Origin: Vicinamibacterales bacterium
GTDB lineage: Bacteria > Acidobacteriota > Vicinamibacteria > Vicinamibacterales > G965250185
Length of the DNA: 64,000 bases
Assembly (NCBI GenBank): GCA_965250185.1
Contig: OZ252293.1
Span: 1,176,329-1,240,328 of the forward strand
Direction: 5' to 3'
Shown: positions 54,048 to 62,876 of the stretch, piece by piece
Numbering within the stretch: position 1 is the first letter of the stretch
How the letters are laid out: every line of letters starts with the position of its first letter
Position numbers and translations under genes: made by a program
Notes under the pieces: generated by a model
The model's input: only the letters and a program-made list of their open reading frames with translations
Told to the model about the DNA's origin: nothing
Databases searched by the model: none

Positions 54048-54171
54048 CTCGGGAGTTATCGGTCGATCCAGGAACAGCGAGTAGCCGCGCCCGGTCATCG
54101 ATCGCATGCCGAGCCGAAGGCTCTGACGGTCGTAACTAGCTGTATAAATGGAGTTTACGTCTGTTTTGACC

Positions 54172-54200
54172 TTGACAGCGTTCATGGCATCAGTCAGAAT
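54172..54200 (+). promoter_or_regulatory. Sigma-70-type promoter candidate TTGACA-N17-CAGAAT for the HNH gene
   Basis: A perfect -35 TTGACA (54172-54177), a 17-nt spacer and CAGAAT (54195-54200). The -10 ends 9 nt before ATG 54210, implying a near-leaderless transcript. Confidence 0.4.
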
Positions 54201-54209
54201 GCGAGGACT

Positions 54210-54743
54210 ATGGAGCAGACGCTCCTGCTGAACGCGACCTACGAGCCCTTGAAGGTCGTCGACTGGCGGAAGGCGATCACCCTGTGGTGTCAGGGCAAGG
54301 TGGAGGTGATCTCCGTCTACGACCGGGAGGTGCATTCCGTCTCGCTGACCTTCCGGCTCCCGTCCGTCATCCGGCTGCTGCGGTATATCAAGATCAAGCG
54401 CCGCTTCGATTCCGTTCCATTCTCGCGTGCCAATATCTATGCTCGTGACGATCATCGGTGCCAGTACTGCGGCGAGCCCTTTCCGACCGCGGAGCTCACC
54501 TTCGATCATGTGGTGCCCGTGGCCCAAGGGGGCCGCAAGGACTGGGGCAACATTGTGACCTGTTGCATCACCTGCAATCGCCGGAAGGGGGGTCGCACGC
54601 CGACCGAGGCGGGAATTCGGCTGATCCGGGTTCCGAAGCGTCCGGAACGAGTGCCGGCCATCCGAATCTCGGTCGGGTTGCGCGACACGCCGGACAGCTG
54701 GCGCGACTATCTGTACTGGAACATCGAGCTGGACGATTCCTAG
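54210..54743 (+). CDS. HNH endonuclease family protein (McrA-like, stand-alone)
   Basis: RCQYCGEPF...LTFDHVVPVAQGG...NIVTCCITCNRRKGG gives the HNH motif with flanking Cys pairs. Confidence 0.85.
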   Translation: MEQTLLLNATYEPLKVVDWRKAITLWCQGKVEVISVYDREVHSVSLTFRLPSVIRLLRYIKIKRRFDSVPFSRANIYARDDHRCQYCGEPFPTAELTFDHVVPVAQGGRKDWGNIVTCCITCNRRKGGRTPTEAGIRLIRVPKRPERVPAIRISVGLRDTPDSWRDYLYWNIELDDS

Positions 54744-54794
54744 TGGCCTTTCCGTGTGGTGCGGCGGCGGCCGCCGCCGGGGTCGGTTGCCGCC

Positions 54795-55856
54795 ATGCCC
54801 GGCTCTAGCCTCCCCGATCCTTGCATCACTGCCGTTCGACCCCCTTGGGCCGTTCGAGGCGGCCGCCTGTCGATCTCGGGAGAGTCGTTCCCGATCAACG
54901 GGCCACGGTTGCCGGAGGTCCGGATCGGCGGCGTGCCCGCCCGCGTCGTTCGTGCGTCGGCGACTGACTTGGACGTGCTCGTGTCGGCCGAGGTGGAGGG
55001 TGGGCGCCAGCCGATTCGGATCGAAGGGCTCGCCGGGGCGACGGCGTTCGTCGATATCGGCGTGCCGATCGCCACCGGCCTTCACCAGGTGGACAGCCCG
55101 GTATTTGGGAGCGATGGGACGTTGTACGTCACATACAGCGGGTCTCGCGATCAGCAGGCGCCGATCTCGATCTACCGGATACCGCGTGGCGGCGTGGCCG
55201 AGCCCTTCGCCTCCGTTGCCAACCCCACGTCCTTGGCCGTCGATCGTTACGACCGCGTGTATGTGTCCAGCCGGTTCGAGGGGACCGTGTACCGGCTCGA
55301 CCCGGATGGAACCGCGGTGCCCGTTGCGTCCGAGCTCGGGGTGCCGTGCGGTCTGGCGGTCGACGATGAGGACATGCTGTTCGTCGGCGACCGCGCGGGC
55401 ACGGTGTTTCGAGTCAGTCCGTCGCGGCATGTCGAGGCCTTCGCCTCGCTGCCGGCGAGCGTGGCTGCGTTCCACCTGGCGCTCGGACCGGACGGCCACC
55501 TCTACGTGACTGCACCGACGCTGTCGCCACGCGATGTCGTGTACCGCGTTGATCCCGACGGCCGGGTGGAGGCCACCGGTTCGGCGTTCGGTCGACCCCA
55601 GGGGCTGGCCTTCGACGCGCAGGGCCAGCTGTTCGTGGTCGAGGCCTTGGCCGGCGCCAGTGGCGTGTATCGCGCGCGGCAGGGCGAGCGGCGCGAGCTT
55701 GCGGTGGCGGGAGCCCACCTCGTCGGGGTCGCCCTGGACCCCACTGGCGGCCTGGTCGTGGCGTCGAGCGACACGATCTATCGGTTGGACGTCCCGTTGC
55801 GCGGGGTCGCGCGCGAATGGGCGTCCGGCGCCCTCGCCGGTCCGCCTCCTTCCTGA
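54795..55856 (+). CDS. IPT/TIG domain plus NHL/SMP-30-like beta-propeller protein
   Basis: The N-terminal IPT-like segment is ITAVRPPWAVRGGRLSISGESF...RIGGVPARVV. Repeated propeller blades follow (GTLYVTYSG, DRVYVSSRFEGTVYRLDPDG, MLFVGDRAGTVFRV, HLYVTAP, QLFVVE). The start was trimmed to ATG 54795. Confidence 0.7.
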   Translation: MPGSSLPDPCITAVRPPWAVRGGRLSISGESFPINGPRLPEVRIGGVPARVVRASATDLDVLVSAEVEGGRQPIRIEGLAGATAFVDIGVPIATGLHQVDSPVFGSDGTLYVTYSGSRDQQAPISIYRIPRGGVAEPFASVANPTSLAVDRYDRVYVSSRFEGTVYRLDPDGTAVPVASELGVPCGLAVDDEDMLFVGDRAGTVFRVSPSRHVEAFASLPASVAAFHLALGPDGHLYVTAPTLSPRDVVYRVDPDGRVEATGSAFGRPQGLAFDAQGQLFVVEALAGASGVYRARQGERRELAVAGAHLVGVALDPTGGLVVASSDTIYRLDVPLRGVAREWASGALAGPPPS

Positions 55857-55966
55857 GATCGCCACGGATCCGGATCTTCGGCTCCTCCAAGGCCCAGCGG
55901 ATCGGGTCGCCAGCGCCCATGCTACGATGGTCTGTTTGGGGCCACTAGGAAATCCCACCCGACGGT

Positions 55967-58861
55967 ATGACAAACGACTGGATCACGATCCGGGGCGCCA
56001 GAGTTCACAATCTCAAGAACATCGACGTTGATCTTCCCCGCAACAAGCTAGTCGTGGTGACGGGTCTGTCGGGTTCTGGGAAGTCCTCGCTCGCATTCGA
56101 CACCATCTACGCCGAAGGGCAGCGGCGGTACGTCGAATCACTGTCGGCGTACGCGCGACAGTTCCTGGAGCAGATGGAGAAGCCGGATGTCGACCTCATC
56201 GAGGGGCTTTCGCCGGCGATCTCGATCGAGCAGAAGACGACGGGATCGAATCCGCGGTCGACCGTGGGAACCGTGACCGAGATCTACGACTACCTGCGAC
56301 TCCTGTTCGCGAATCTCGGCGTGCCGCACTGTCATACCTGTGGACTCGAGATCTCCTCCCAGCCGCTCGAGCGCATCGTCCAGATGGTGATGGAGTACCC
56401 GTCCGACGAGCGCCTCAACGTGCTTGCACCCATCGTGCGAGGGCGCAAGGGCGAATTCAAGAAGGAGATGGCCGGCCTGCGCGCCAAGGGCTTCACGAAG
56501 CTTCGCGTCGACGGTGAGGTCAGGTCCCTGGACGGCGAGATCGTGCTCGAGCGACGGCGCAATCACTTCATCGACGTCGTGGTCGATCGCCTCGTCGTCA
56601 AGGCTGGCGCGGAGCGGCGACTGACCGACTCGCTCAGCGTGGCGCTCGAGCTCGCCGAGGACGTGGTGATCGTGAACACGGATGCACGCGGCGATCGCCT
56701 GTTCTCGAGACGACTGGCGTGTGCGACCTGCGGCGTCAGCGTGCCCGAGCTGAGCCCCCGATCGTTCTCCTTCAATTCGCCGCACGGGTCCTGCTCGGTC
56801 TGCCAGGGCCTGGGCGCGGTGTACGATTTCGATCCGGTCCGGGTGGTGCCGGATGGCTCCAAGCCGCTCGACGACGGCGCCATCGCACCGTGGGGACGAG
56901 GCGATCGGAAGCTCATCCGCGCCGCGCTGAATGGGCTCAGGAAGACGTTCGGGATTGCGTCCGACGTGCCGTTCGCTCGGCTGTCGAAGAAGCACCGCGA
57001 CGTCGTGCTCTACGGCGCACGCACGACGCCACGCCGTTCGACCCGAACGCGTGCTGCCGGCACGCGAGCGGCGCGCGCGCCGTTTGGAGCCGACTTCGAA
57101 GGTGTCATCCCCAACCTCCGTCGGCGGTACGAAGACAACTGGTCGCAGCGTGAGGCGCTCGAGGCGTACCGGGCGCTCCGCACCTGTCCGGGGTGTGACG
57201 GGGAGCGGCTCCGACCGGAGATGCGAGCCGTGCGGGTGCAGGGCCGTACGATGGCCGACTACGTGAGCCTCCCTCTGGCTGCCTGTCTCAGAGAATTCGA
57301 GACGATGGAACTCGACGAGCGGGAGACGCTGATCGGCGGGCGCGTGCTGCGGGAGATTCGAGAGCGGCTACGATTCCTCTGCGACGTGGGAGTCGACTAT
57401 CTCACGCTTGGCCGCAGCGCGAACTCCCTCTCGGGCGGCGAGGGTCAGCGCATTCGGCTCGCGACGCAGATCGGATCCAACCTCACTGGCGTCGTGTACG
57501 TGCTGGACGAGCCGTCGATCGGGCTCCATCAGCGCGACAACTGCCGGCTACTCGACACCCTCGCCCGTCTGCGCGATCTGGGCAATACCGTGATCGTGGT
57601 GGAACACGACGAGGAAACGATCCGGAGTGCCGACTACGTCGTGGATCTCGGCCCTGGCGCCGGCGAACACGGCGGCCGCCTCATCTTTCAGGGGCCACCG
57701 GAGCGCATGCTCCAGAACGGCTCGGGGTCGCTCACTGGCGAGTATCTTCGCGGCCTGCGCGCCATCCCCACACCCACCGCGCGCCGCCCGAGACTCCGCG
57801 GAGAGATCGTCGTGAAAGGCGCCAGTGCGAACAACCTGAAGCGGATCGATGTCGCGATTCCGCTCGGGCTGCTGACGGCGGTGACCGGCGTCAGCGGTTC
57901 GGGCAAGTCCACCCTGGTCAACGATATTCTCTACCGAGCCCTGGCTCGAACCTTCTACCGTGCCGCCGACGAGCCCGGCCCGCACGATCGCATCGACGGC
58001 GTCGATCTCATCGACAAGGTCATCCAGATCGACCAGTCGCCTATCGGCCGGACGCCGCGCTCGAATCCAGCAACCTACACCGGACTCTTCACCTTCGTGC
58101 GCGATCTCTTCGCGATGCTGCCCGATGCACGCGCCAGAGGCTTCAAGCCGGGTCGGTTCTCGTTCAACGTCAAGGGGGGACGCTGCGAAGCCTGCCAGGG
58201 CGACGGAGTGATCGCGATCGAGATGCACTTCCTGCCCGATGTCTATGTGACGTGTGAGCAGTGCAAGGGCCGTCGCTACAATCGCGAGACACTGGAGATA
58301 CGGTACCGAGGCAAGTCGATCGCCGACGTGCTCGATCTCACCGTTGACCAGGCGTTGCCGCTGCTCGAGAATGTTCCACCGATCGCGAACAAGCTTCGAA
58401 CCTTGCAGGATGTCGGACTCGGCTACATCAAGCTTGGGCAGTCGGCCACAACGTTGAGTGGTGGTGAGGCGCAACGGGTCAAGCTGGCCAAAGAACTGTC
58501 ACGTCGCAGCACTGGCCGGACCCTCTACATCCTCGACGAGCCGACGACGGGCCTGCACTTCGAGGATACAAAGAAGCTGCTCGATGTCACCGACCGGCTC
58601 GTCGACCAGGGCAACACCGTCGTCATCATCGAGCACAACCTCGATGTCATCAAGTCAGCCGACCACATCATCGACCTGGGCCCGGAGGGGGGCGGCGCCG
58701 GCGGTCGAATCGTCGCCCAGGGCAGCCCGGAGGAGGTGGCGCGTGAGCCCGAATCCCACACGGGACAGTTTCTCGCTCGTTTCTTGTCCGAGTCGGCGAA
58801 TCGCTCAGATTCGCTCGAACGCCCTATCAGTGGCATGATCGACACGCCTGGAAGCTCCTAG
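55967..58861 (+). CDS. uvrA: Excinuclease ABC subunit A
   Basis: [55 protein letters not shown] is present, together with two ABC modules, zinc fingers and [12 protein letters not shown]. Confidence 0.97.
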   Translation: MTNDWITIRGARVHNLKNIDVDLPRNKLVVVTGLSGSGKSSLAFDTIYAEGQRRYVESLSAYARQFLEQMEKPDVDLIEGLSPAISIEQKTTGSNPRSTVGTVTEIYDYLRLLFANLGVPHCHTCGLEISSQPLERIVQMVMEYPSDERLNVLAPIVRGRKGEFKKEMAGLRAKGFTKLRVDGEVRSLDGEIVLERRRNHFIDVVVDRLVVKAGAERRLTDSLSVALELAEDVVIVNTDARGDRLFSRRLACATCGVSVPELSPRSFSFNSPHGSCSVCQGLGAVYDFDPVRVVPDGSKPLDDGAIAPWGRGDRKLIRAALNGLRKTFGIASDVPFARLSKKHRDVVLYGARTTPRRSTRTRAAGTRAARAPFGADFEGVIPNLRRRYEDNWSQREALEAYRALRTCPGCDGERLRPEMRAVRVQGRTMADYVSLPLAACLREFETMELDERETLIGGRVLREIRERLRFLCDVGVDYLTLGRSANSLSGGEGQRIRLATQIGSNLTGVVYVLDEPSIGLHQRDNCRLLDTLARLRDLGNTVIVVEHDEETIRSADYVVDLGPGAGEHGGRLIFQGPPERMLQNGSGSLTGEYLRGLRAIPTPTARRPRLRGEIVVKGASANNLKRIDVAIPLGLLTAVTGVSGSGKSTLVNDILYRALARTFYRAADEPGPHDRIDGVDLIDKVIQIDQSPIGRTPRSNPATYTGLFTFVRDLFAMLPDARARGFKPGRFSFNVKGGRCEACQGDGVIAIEMHFLPDVYVTCEQCKGRRYNRETLEIRYRGKSIADVLDLTVDQALPLLENVPPIANKLRTLQDVGLGYIKLGQSATTLSGGEAQRVKLAKELSRRSTGRTLYILDEPTTGLHFEDTKKLLDVTDRLVDQGNTVVIIEHNLDVIKSADHIIDLGPEGGGAGGRIVAQGSPEEVAREPESHTGQFLARFLSESANRSDSLERPISGMIDTPGSS

Positions 58862-59041
58862 GTGTGGCTTTTACCCCACAGACAGCCTCCGACAACGTGG
58901 ACTTGCACGAGCCGAAGACTTTCTAACTTGTTGATTATTAGGACGTTATCTTTATTGGACAAATAAACGTCGCTGTGGCCATGTTCTTGCTATGGTTATC
59001 GACCGCACACGGGTAGGTGACGACATTCGGACTCGGAACTC

Positions 59042-59959
59042 ATGAACGCACAGCGGACGCTCAAGCGCGCGATCACCTGCACGGGCATCGGGCTGCATTC
59101 CGGCAGCAAGGTGAGTCTGTCGCTGCAACCGGCTCCCGCCAACCATGGCATCCGGTTCCACCGAACCGACCTGGGCGGATTCGAGATACCCGCCACGGTC
59201 CGGCATCTCGATGGGATCGAGTATGCGACGGGCCTGGCTCGCGACGAGGGATCGGTCGCGACGGTGGAGCATTTGCTCGCCGCGCTCATGACGCTGGGCA
59301 TCGACAACGTCGTGGTCGGGCTCGATCACTGCGAAGTGCCGATCATGGACGGCAGCGCGGCGCCGTTCGTCTATCTGATTCACGAGGCCGGCGTGAAGCA
59401 TTTGTCGGAACCGCGCCGCTACCTGAAGGTCGTTCGTCCGATCGCGCTCTCGCGCGGAGACAAGCGGATCGCGCTCTATCCGTCGGATCATCTCAAGGTC
59501 ACCTATAGCATCAGTTTCGACCATCCGCTCCTCCGCCATCAAACGAGAACGCTTCGGATTACCGAGGAGTCGTTCATCGAGGACATCGCTCCGGCGCGCA
59601 CGTTCGGCTTCCTGAAGGAAGTGGAGATGCTGCGTCAGAAGGGCCTGGCCCTCGGCGGATCGCTCGACAACGCCGTGGTGTTGGGTGAAACGGGCGTGCT
59701 CAACAACGCGCTGAGGTTTGACGACGAGTTCGTGCGGCACAAGATGCTGGACGCCCTCGGCGATCTCGCGCTCGTCGGGCATCCACTCGTGGGCCACCTG
59801 GTGATCCACCGTGGCGGGCACGGGCTCCACACGGAGTTCGCGGCCATGCTGCTCGATGAGACCGACGCCTGGCGCCTCGTCGCGCCGGTCGTCGACCCAT
59901 CCGTCTCCGACCTGCCCGTCGCGCTGCCCATCAAGGGTTCCGCCCGCCTCGCCAACTGA
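59042..59959 (+). CDS. lpxC: UDP-3-O-acyl-N-acetylglucosamine deacetylase
   Basis: Supporting segments are QRTLKRAITCTGIGLHSG, VEHLLAAL, EVPIMDGSAAPFV, FVRHKMLDALGDL and the GGH motif. Confidence 0.95.
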   Translation: MNAQRTLKRAITCTGIGLHSGSKVSLSLQPAPANHGIRFHRTDLGGFEIPATVRHLDGIEYATGLARDEGSVATVEHLLAALMTLGIDNVVVGLDHCEVPIMDGSAAPFVYLIHEAGVKHLSEPRRYLKVVRPIALSRGDKRIALYPSDHLKVTYSISFDHPLLRHQTRTLRITEESFIEDIAPARTFGFLKEVEMLRQKGLALGGSLDNAVVLGETGVLNNALRFDDEFVRHKMLDALGDLALVGHPLVGHLVIHRGGHGLHTEFAAMLLDETDAWRLVAPVVDPSVSDLPVALPIKGSARLAN

Positions 59960-60062
59960 CCGCCACTCGCCGCTCGATCGCCGGGCGTGCCCCTCGGCGA
60001 CTGCACGCGCCTCCGGAACGCGCCCCTGACCGCCCTTGGTGTGTACCGCCTGCTTGAGGTGG

Positions 60063-61425
60063 CTAGCGAACGAGCAGGGTTTTGGTCGTCGTGGGTGAGC
60101 CGCAGGCCTCAAACCAGTCAATGCCCTCGCTCACGAGGTCGAACTTGAGGCGATAGCGTCCGGGAGTCGCAGGGGCGTTGAACTCGATCGGAACCCGCGC
60201 CTCGGCGCCCGGCTCGAGGTTGCCGGGCAGCCAGGCTCGAGCGAAGTCCCGATCGAGTAGAGTGCCGTCGGCCGAGCACAGCTGCGCACCGAGACGGACC
60301 AGGCGACGTCCGTAGCTGGACTGAGCGGGGAACGTGCGCTCGGACAGATTCCGGATCATCGTCCGACACTCGAGCACGTGTCCGGGTCGGCTCCAGATCG
60401 GGAGGCGTCCGAGCGGCGAGTCGAGCCGGATGTGCGCCTTCGGAGTCGCGCCCGGAATCGCGTTGCCGAGCCCGTTGTCATCCCAGACCTCGCGTCGGAT
60501 GCGCTCGAGGTCGGCGGTGCCCGGCGCGAATCGCTGCGAGAAGCTGTCCTCCGGGTGGTCGGTAAGCTCCCAAGCAGAGCCGATCGACGCCGATGTCGGC
60601 CGCCAGCTCGCGCGCGAGGTTCATCTCGTCGTTGCTGTCGTTCCACTTGAACAGGATGTAGCGCCAGTTGATGAACGGGACGTCGCGACCGGCGCCATGC
60701 TTCTCCTCGACCATGGCCCGCATGTTGTCGAGTGCCCGCGCCAGGTCGCCGCGGCGACGGTACTTCGCGTAGGACTCCTGGGTGGCGCCGTCGAGTGAGA
60801 ACGTCACCTCGTCGATCCCGGAGTGCACCAGCCGTCGCGCCTGGTCGGCGGTGAAGGCCAGGCCGTTGGTGCTCGTGTACAGGTAGATGTGCGGGAAGCG
60901 CGCCTTCACCCGCTCGCACATGTCGATCGCCTGCTTGTGGAGAAACGCCTCACCGTAGTTGAAGAAATCGATCCGGATCAGGCTCGGCCCGGTCTCCTCG
61001 AGCACCCGCTCGAACAGGGCGACGTCCAGCATGCCGGCTTCGCGGGTCTTCGTGATGCCGGTCTCCGGCGCGCAGCAGGCCTGGTGACAGGACAGATTGC
61101 AGGCCGCGGTGCACTCGACGTAGAGCCGGTTCGGCAGTGGCGACGGTTGGGTCGTTCGTTGGGGGACGACGTCGCCCGGCTCCAACGGGAGCTTCAGGGG
61201 GCAGTCGCCGCAGAAGGCGGATCCGCCGGCGTTCAGGTCGCCCCGGAGCGTGGTGATGGTCGGCCCGCTCCATATGTCGGCGATTGACTGGTGCCGGGCG
61301 TCTCCGAGGACTCGATTCGCATACGGGTCGGCGCAGCCGCAGACGATGCGACCATCGCACAGCATGACCAGCGTGGTTTGAGGCCACGTGCAGGTGAAGC
61401 GGGTGGCGAGATGATTGAGTGACAT
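60063..61425 (-). pseudogene. Atypical radical-SAM-like enzyme (N-terminal SPASM-like Cys-rich module, core, C-terminal Ig-like domain) with a single-base frameshift (or an assembly indel)
   Basis: ORF 60478..61425 carries LCDGRIVCGCADP...FCGDCP and then VECTAACNLSCHQACC. After ...GVDRLC the frame breaks at about 60570-60574. The downstream frame continues WELTDHPEDSFSQRF... without a stop into ORF 60063..60377. Total length is 3n+1. Confidence 0.65.
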
Positions 61426-61468
61426 GAGTGACGGTTGAAGGAATCTCGGCCGACGCGGGGCGGCGCGC

Positions 61469-61747
61469 CTACCCGTCCGAGTCCGGGAGCCTCTTCATGT
61501 AGGCGCTGAGGCGCTCGTTCTCGTACGTGACCGTGTTCAGAAAGAGGCTCTCCAGCAAGTAAGTGCGTCGGTCGTCCGGCGTCATCTGGTCGATGAGATG
61601 CGTGATCTCACGCATCATATCCTCGAACGAACGCTCGAGGCCATGTTTGGCGGTGACCTCCTTGTAGACGTTCTCGAGCATCGCCAGCAGGTCGCCATCG
61701 AGCGCGATGTCCTGGCCCGCCGTGGTCTGGATCGTGCGCATCGTCAT
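61469..61747 (-). CDS. Small acidic helical protein of unknown function (92 aa)
   Basis: The ATGA start overlaps the stop of the STAS gene, and the protein sits between the STAS and radical-SAM genes. I recognised no family. Confidence 0.55.
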   Translation of the reverse strand: MTMRTIQTTAGQDIALDGDLLAMLENVYKEVTAKHGLERSFEDMMREITHLIDQMTPDDRRTYLLESLFLNTVTYENERLSAYMKRLPDSDG

Positions 61748-62085
61748 CCCTCGAAGCTCTTGATCGCGTTCGCCTCGCTCTCGTGGAGCTCGATGAAGTT
61801 CTGAGCACCGGTCATCGTGAGCATGGTCTCGACACGCTTCTGGATGCCCGCAATCTTCAGCGAGCCACCCGCGGCCGATGCCTGGCGGTAGAGGTCCATC
61901 ATGCAGCCGATCGTGGCGCTGTCGACGTAGACCACCGGGGTCAGGTCGACCACCACCTTGGTATGGCCCGCACCGATCAGCCCGGTGATCATGTCGGAGA
62001 ACTCCGAGAGGAGCGGGTGCATCAGACGTGTCTCACCCACACGGACGACGGCGACGTCTGCCAGATGTTCGGTCGTGAGATTCAT
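61744..62085 (-). CDS. STAS-domain protein (anti-sigma-factor antagonist, SpoIIAA/RsbV-like)
   Basis: The sequence VVRVGETRLMHP...LIGAGHTKVVVDLTPVVYVDSATIGCMMDLYRQASAAGGSLKIAG...MTGA fits the STAS pattern, with a Ser in the DSA context. The start overlaps the sigma gene stop. Confidence 0.8.
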   Translation of the reverse strand: MNLTTEHLADVAVVRVGETRLMHPLLSEFSDMITGLIGAGHTKVVVDLTPVVYVDSATIGCMMDLYRQASAAGGSLKIAGIQKRVETMLTMTGAQNFIELHESEANAIKSFEG

Positions 62086-62738
62086 TCAATCACTCCAGAT
62101 TGGCCCCGAGGCGCCACGATCGCGCCTGACCGCGTCCGCGGTCCGGCGCGCAGGTCGTGCTCGCGCGTGCGCCGGATCTGGCGCGCCAGTTCGGTCCGCC
62201 CGCGGTTGATCCTCGATTTTACCGTGCCTTCGGGAAGTTCGAGCTGTTTTGCGATCTCTTGGTAGGTCAGCTCGTGGATGTCCCGCAGCAACACAGCCGT
62301 GCGCAGGGTGGGCGGAAGCTTCTGGAGCGCCGTGTGCAGCATCGCCCGCCGGTCGCTACGCTCGAGCTGGCGCAGTGGTCCGAGGTCGCTCGAGGCGGGC
62401 GTCAGATCGCCTGCGTCCACCGAGCGGTCGATGGTTTCCCGTTCCTTCCGGACGCTTCGGTAGTGATCGATGCAGAGGTTTCGACTCACGCTGATGAGCC
62501 AGGTCTGGAAATTCGCGCGCCGGTCGAATGTGCCCAGCGATTTAAAGAGCTTAAGGAAGACATCCTGCGTCAGGTCTTCGGCTTCGTCATGCTTCCCCAC
62601 GAACTTGTAGGCGACGTTGAAGACACGCCGCCAGTGCAGCCGGACGATCTGTTCCCAGGCGCCCTGATCACCCGCGAGGCACTGCTCGATGAGAAGGTCG
62701 AGGGCCGCCGTTCTAGCGACTGACGGGTCGTGTGGCAT
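62082..62738 (-). CDS. ECF-type sigma-70 family RNA polymerase sigma factor
   Basis: Region 2 is VFNVAYKFVGKHDEAEDLTQDVFLKLFKSLGTFDRRANFQTWLISVSRNLCIDHYR. Region 4 is LTYQEIAKQLELPEGTVKSRINRGR. Confidence 0.9.
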   Translation of the reverse strand: MPHDPSVARTAALDLLIEQCLAGDQGAWEQIVRLHWRRVFNVAYKFVGKHDEAEDLTQDVFLKLFKSLGTFDRRANFQTWLISVSRNLCIDHYRSVRKERETIDRSVDAGDLTPASSDLGPLRQLERSDRRAMLHTALQKLPPTLRTAVLLRDIHELTYQEIAKQLELPEGTVKSRINRGRTELARQIRRTREHDLRAGPRTRSGAIVAPRGQSGVIE

Positions 62739-62770
62739 GGTGTGGGCACGGAGGTGGGGGAAACGAGCGG

Positions 62771-62800
62771 ATCATAGCAGAGCGTTTTTTTGCCTGTCAA
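62771..62800 (-). promoter_or_regulatory. Sigma-70-type promoter candidate TTGACA-N18-TATGAT upstream of the ECF sigma operon
   Basis: The minus strand reads TTGACAGGCAAAAAAACGCTCTGCTATGAT. The -10 ends about 32 nt upstream of ATG 62738. Confidence 0.5.
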
Positions 62801-62876
62801 ACGACCGATGTCGGCGACAGTGCTGTAGGATCGGCGCGCCCGAGCGCCCAGCCGGTGGCGCCAATCGTTGTGAGCC

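Noticed and set aside
54210-54743. HNH gene as a marker of a mobile element or restriction-modification/defence island
   Set aside because: There are no flanking methyltransferase, integrase, transposase, phage or repeat boundaries. The neighbours are housekeeping genes (NlpC/P60, uvrA).
58952-60121. 389-aa minus-strand ORF antisense to lpxC
   Set aside because: lpxC on the plus strand is unambiguous, and the antisense product has no recognisable features.
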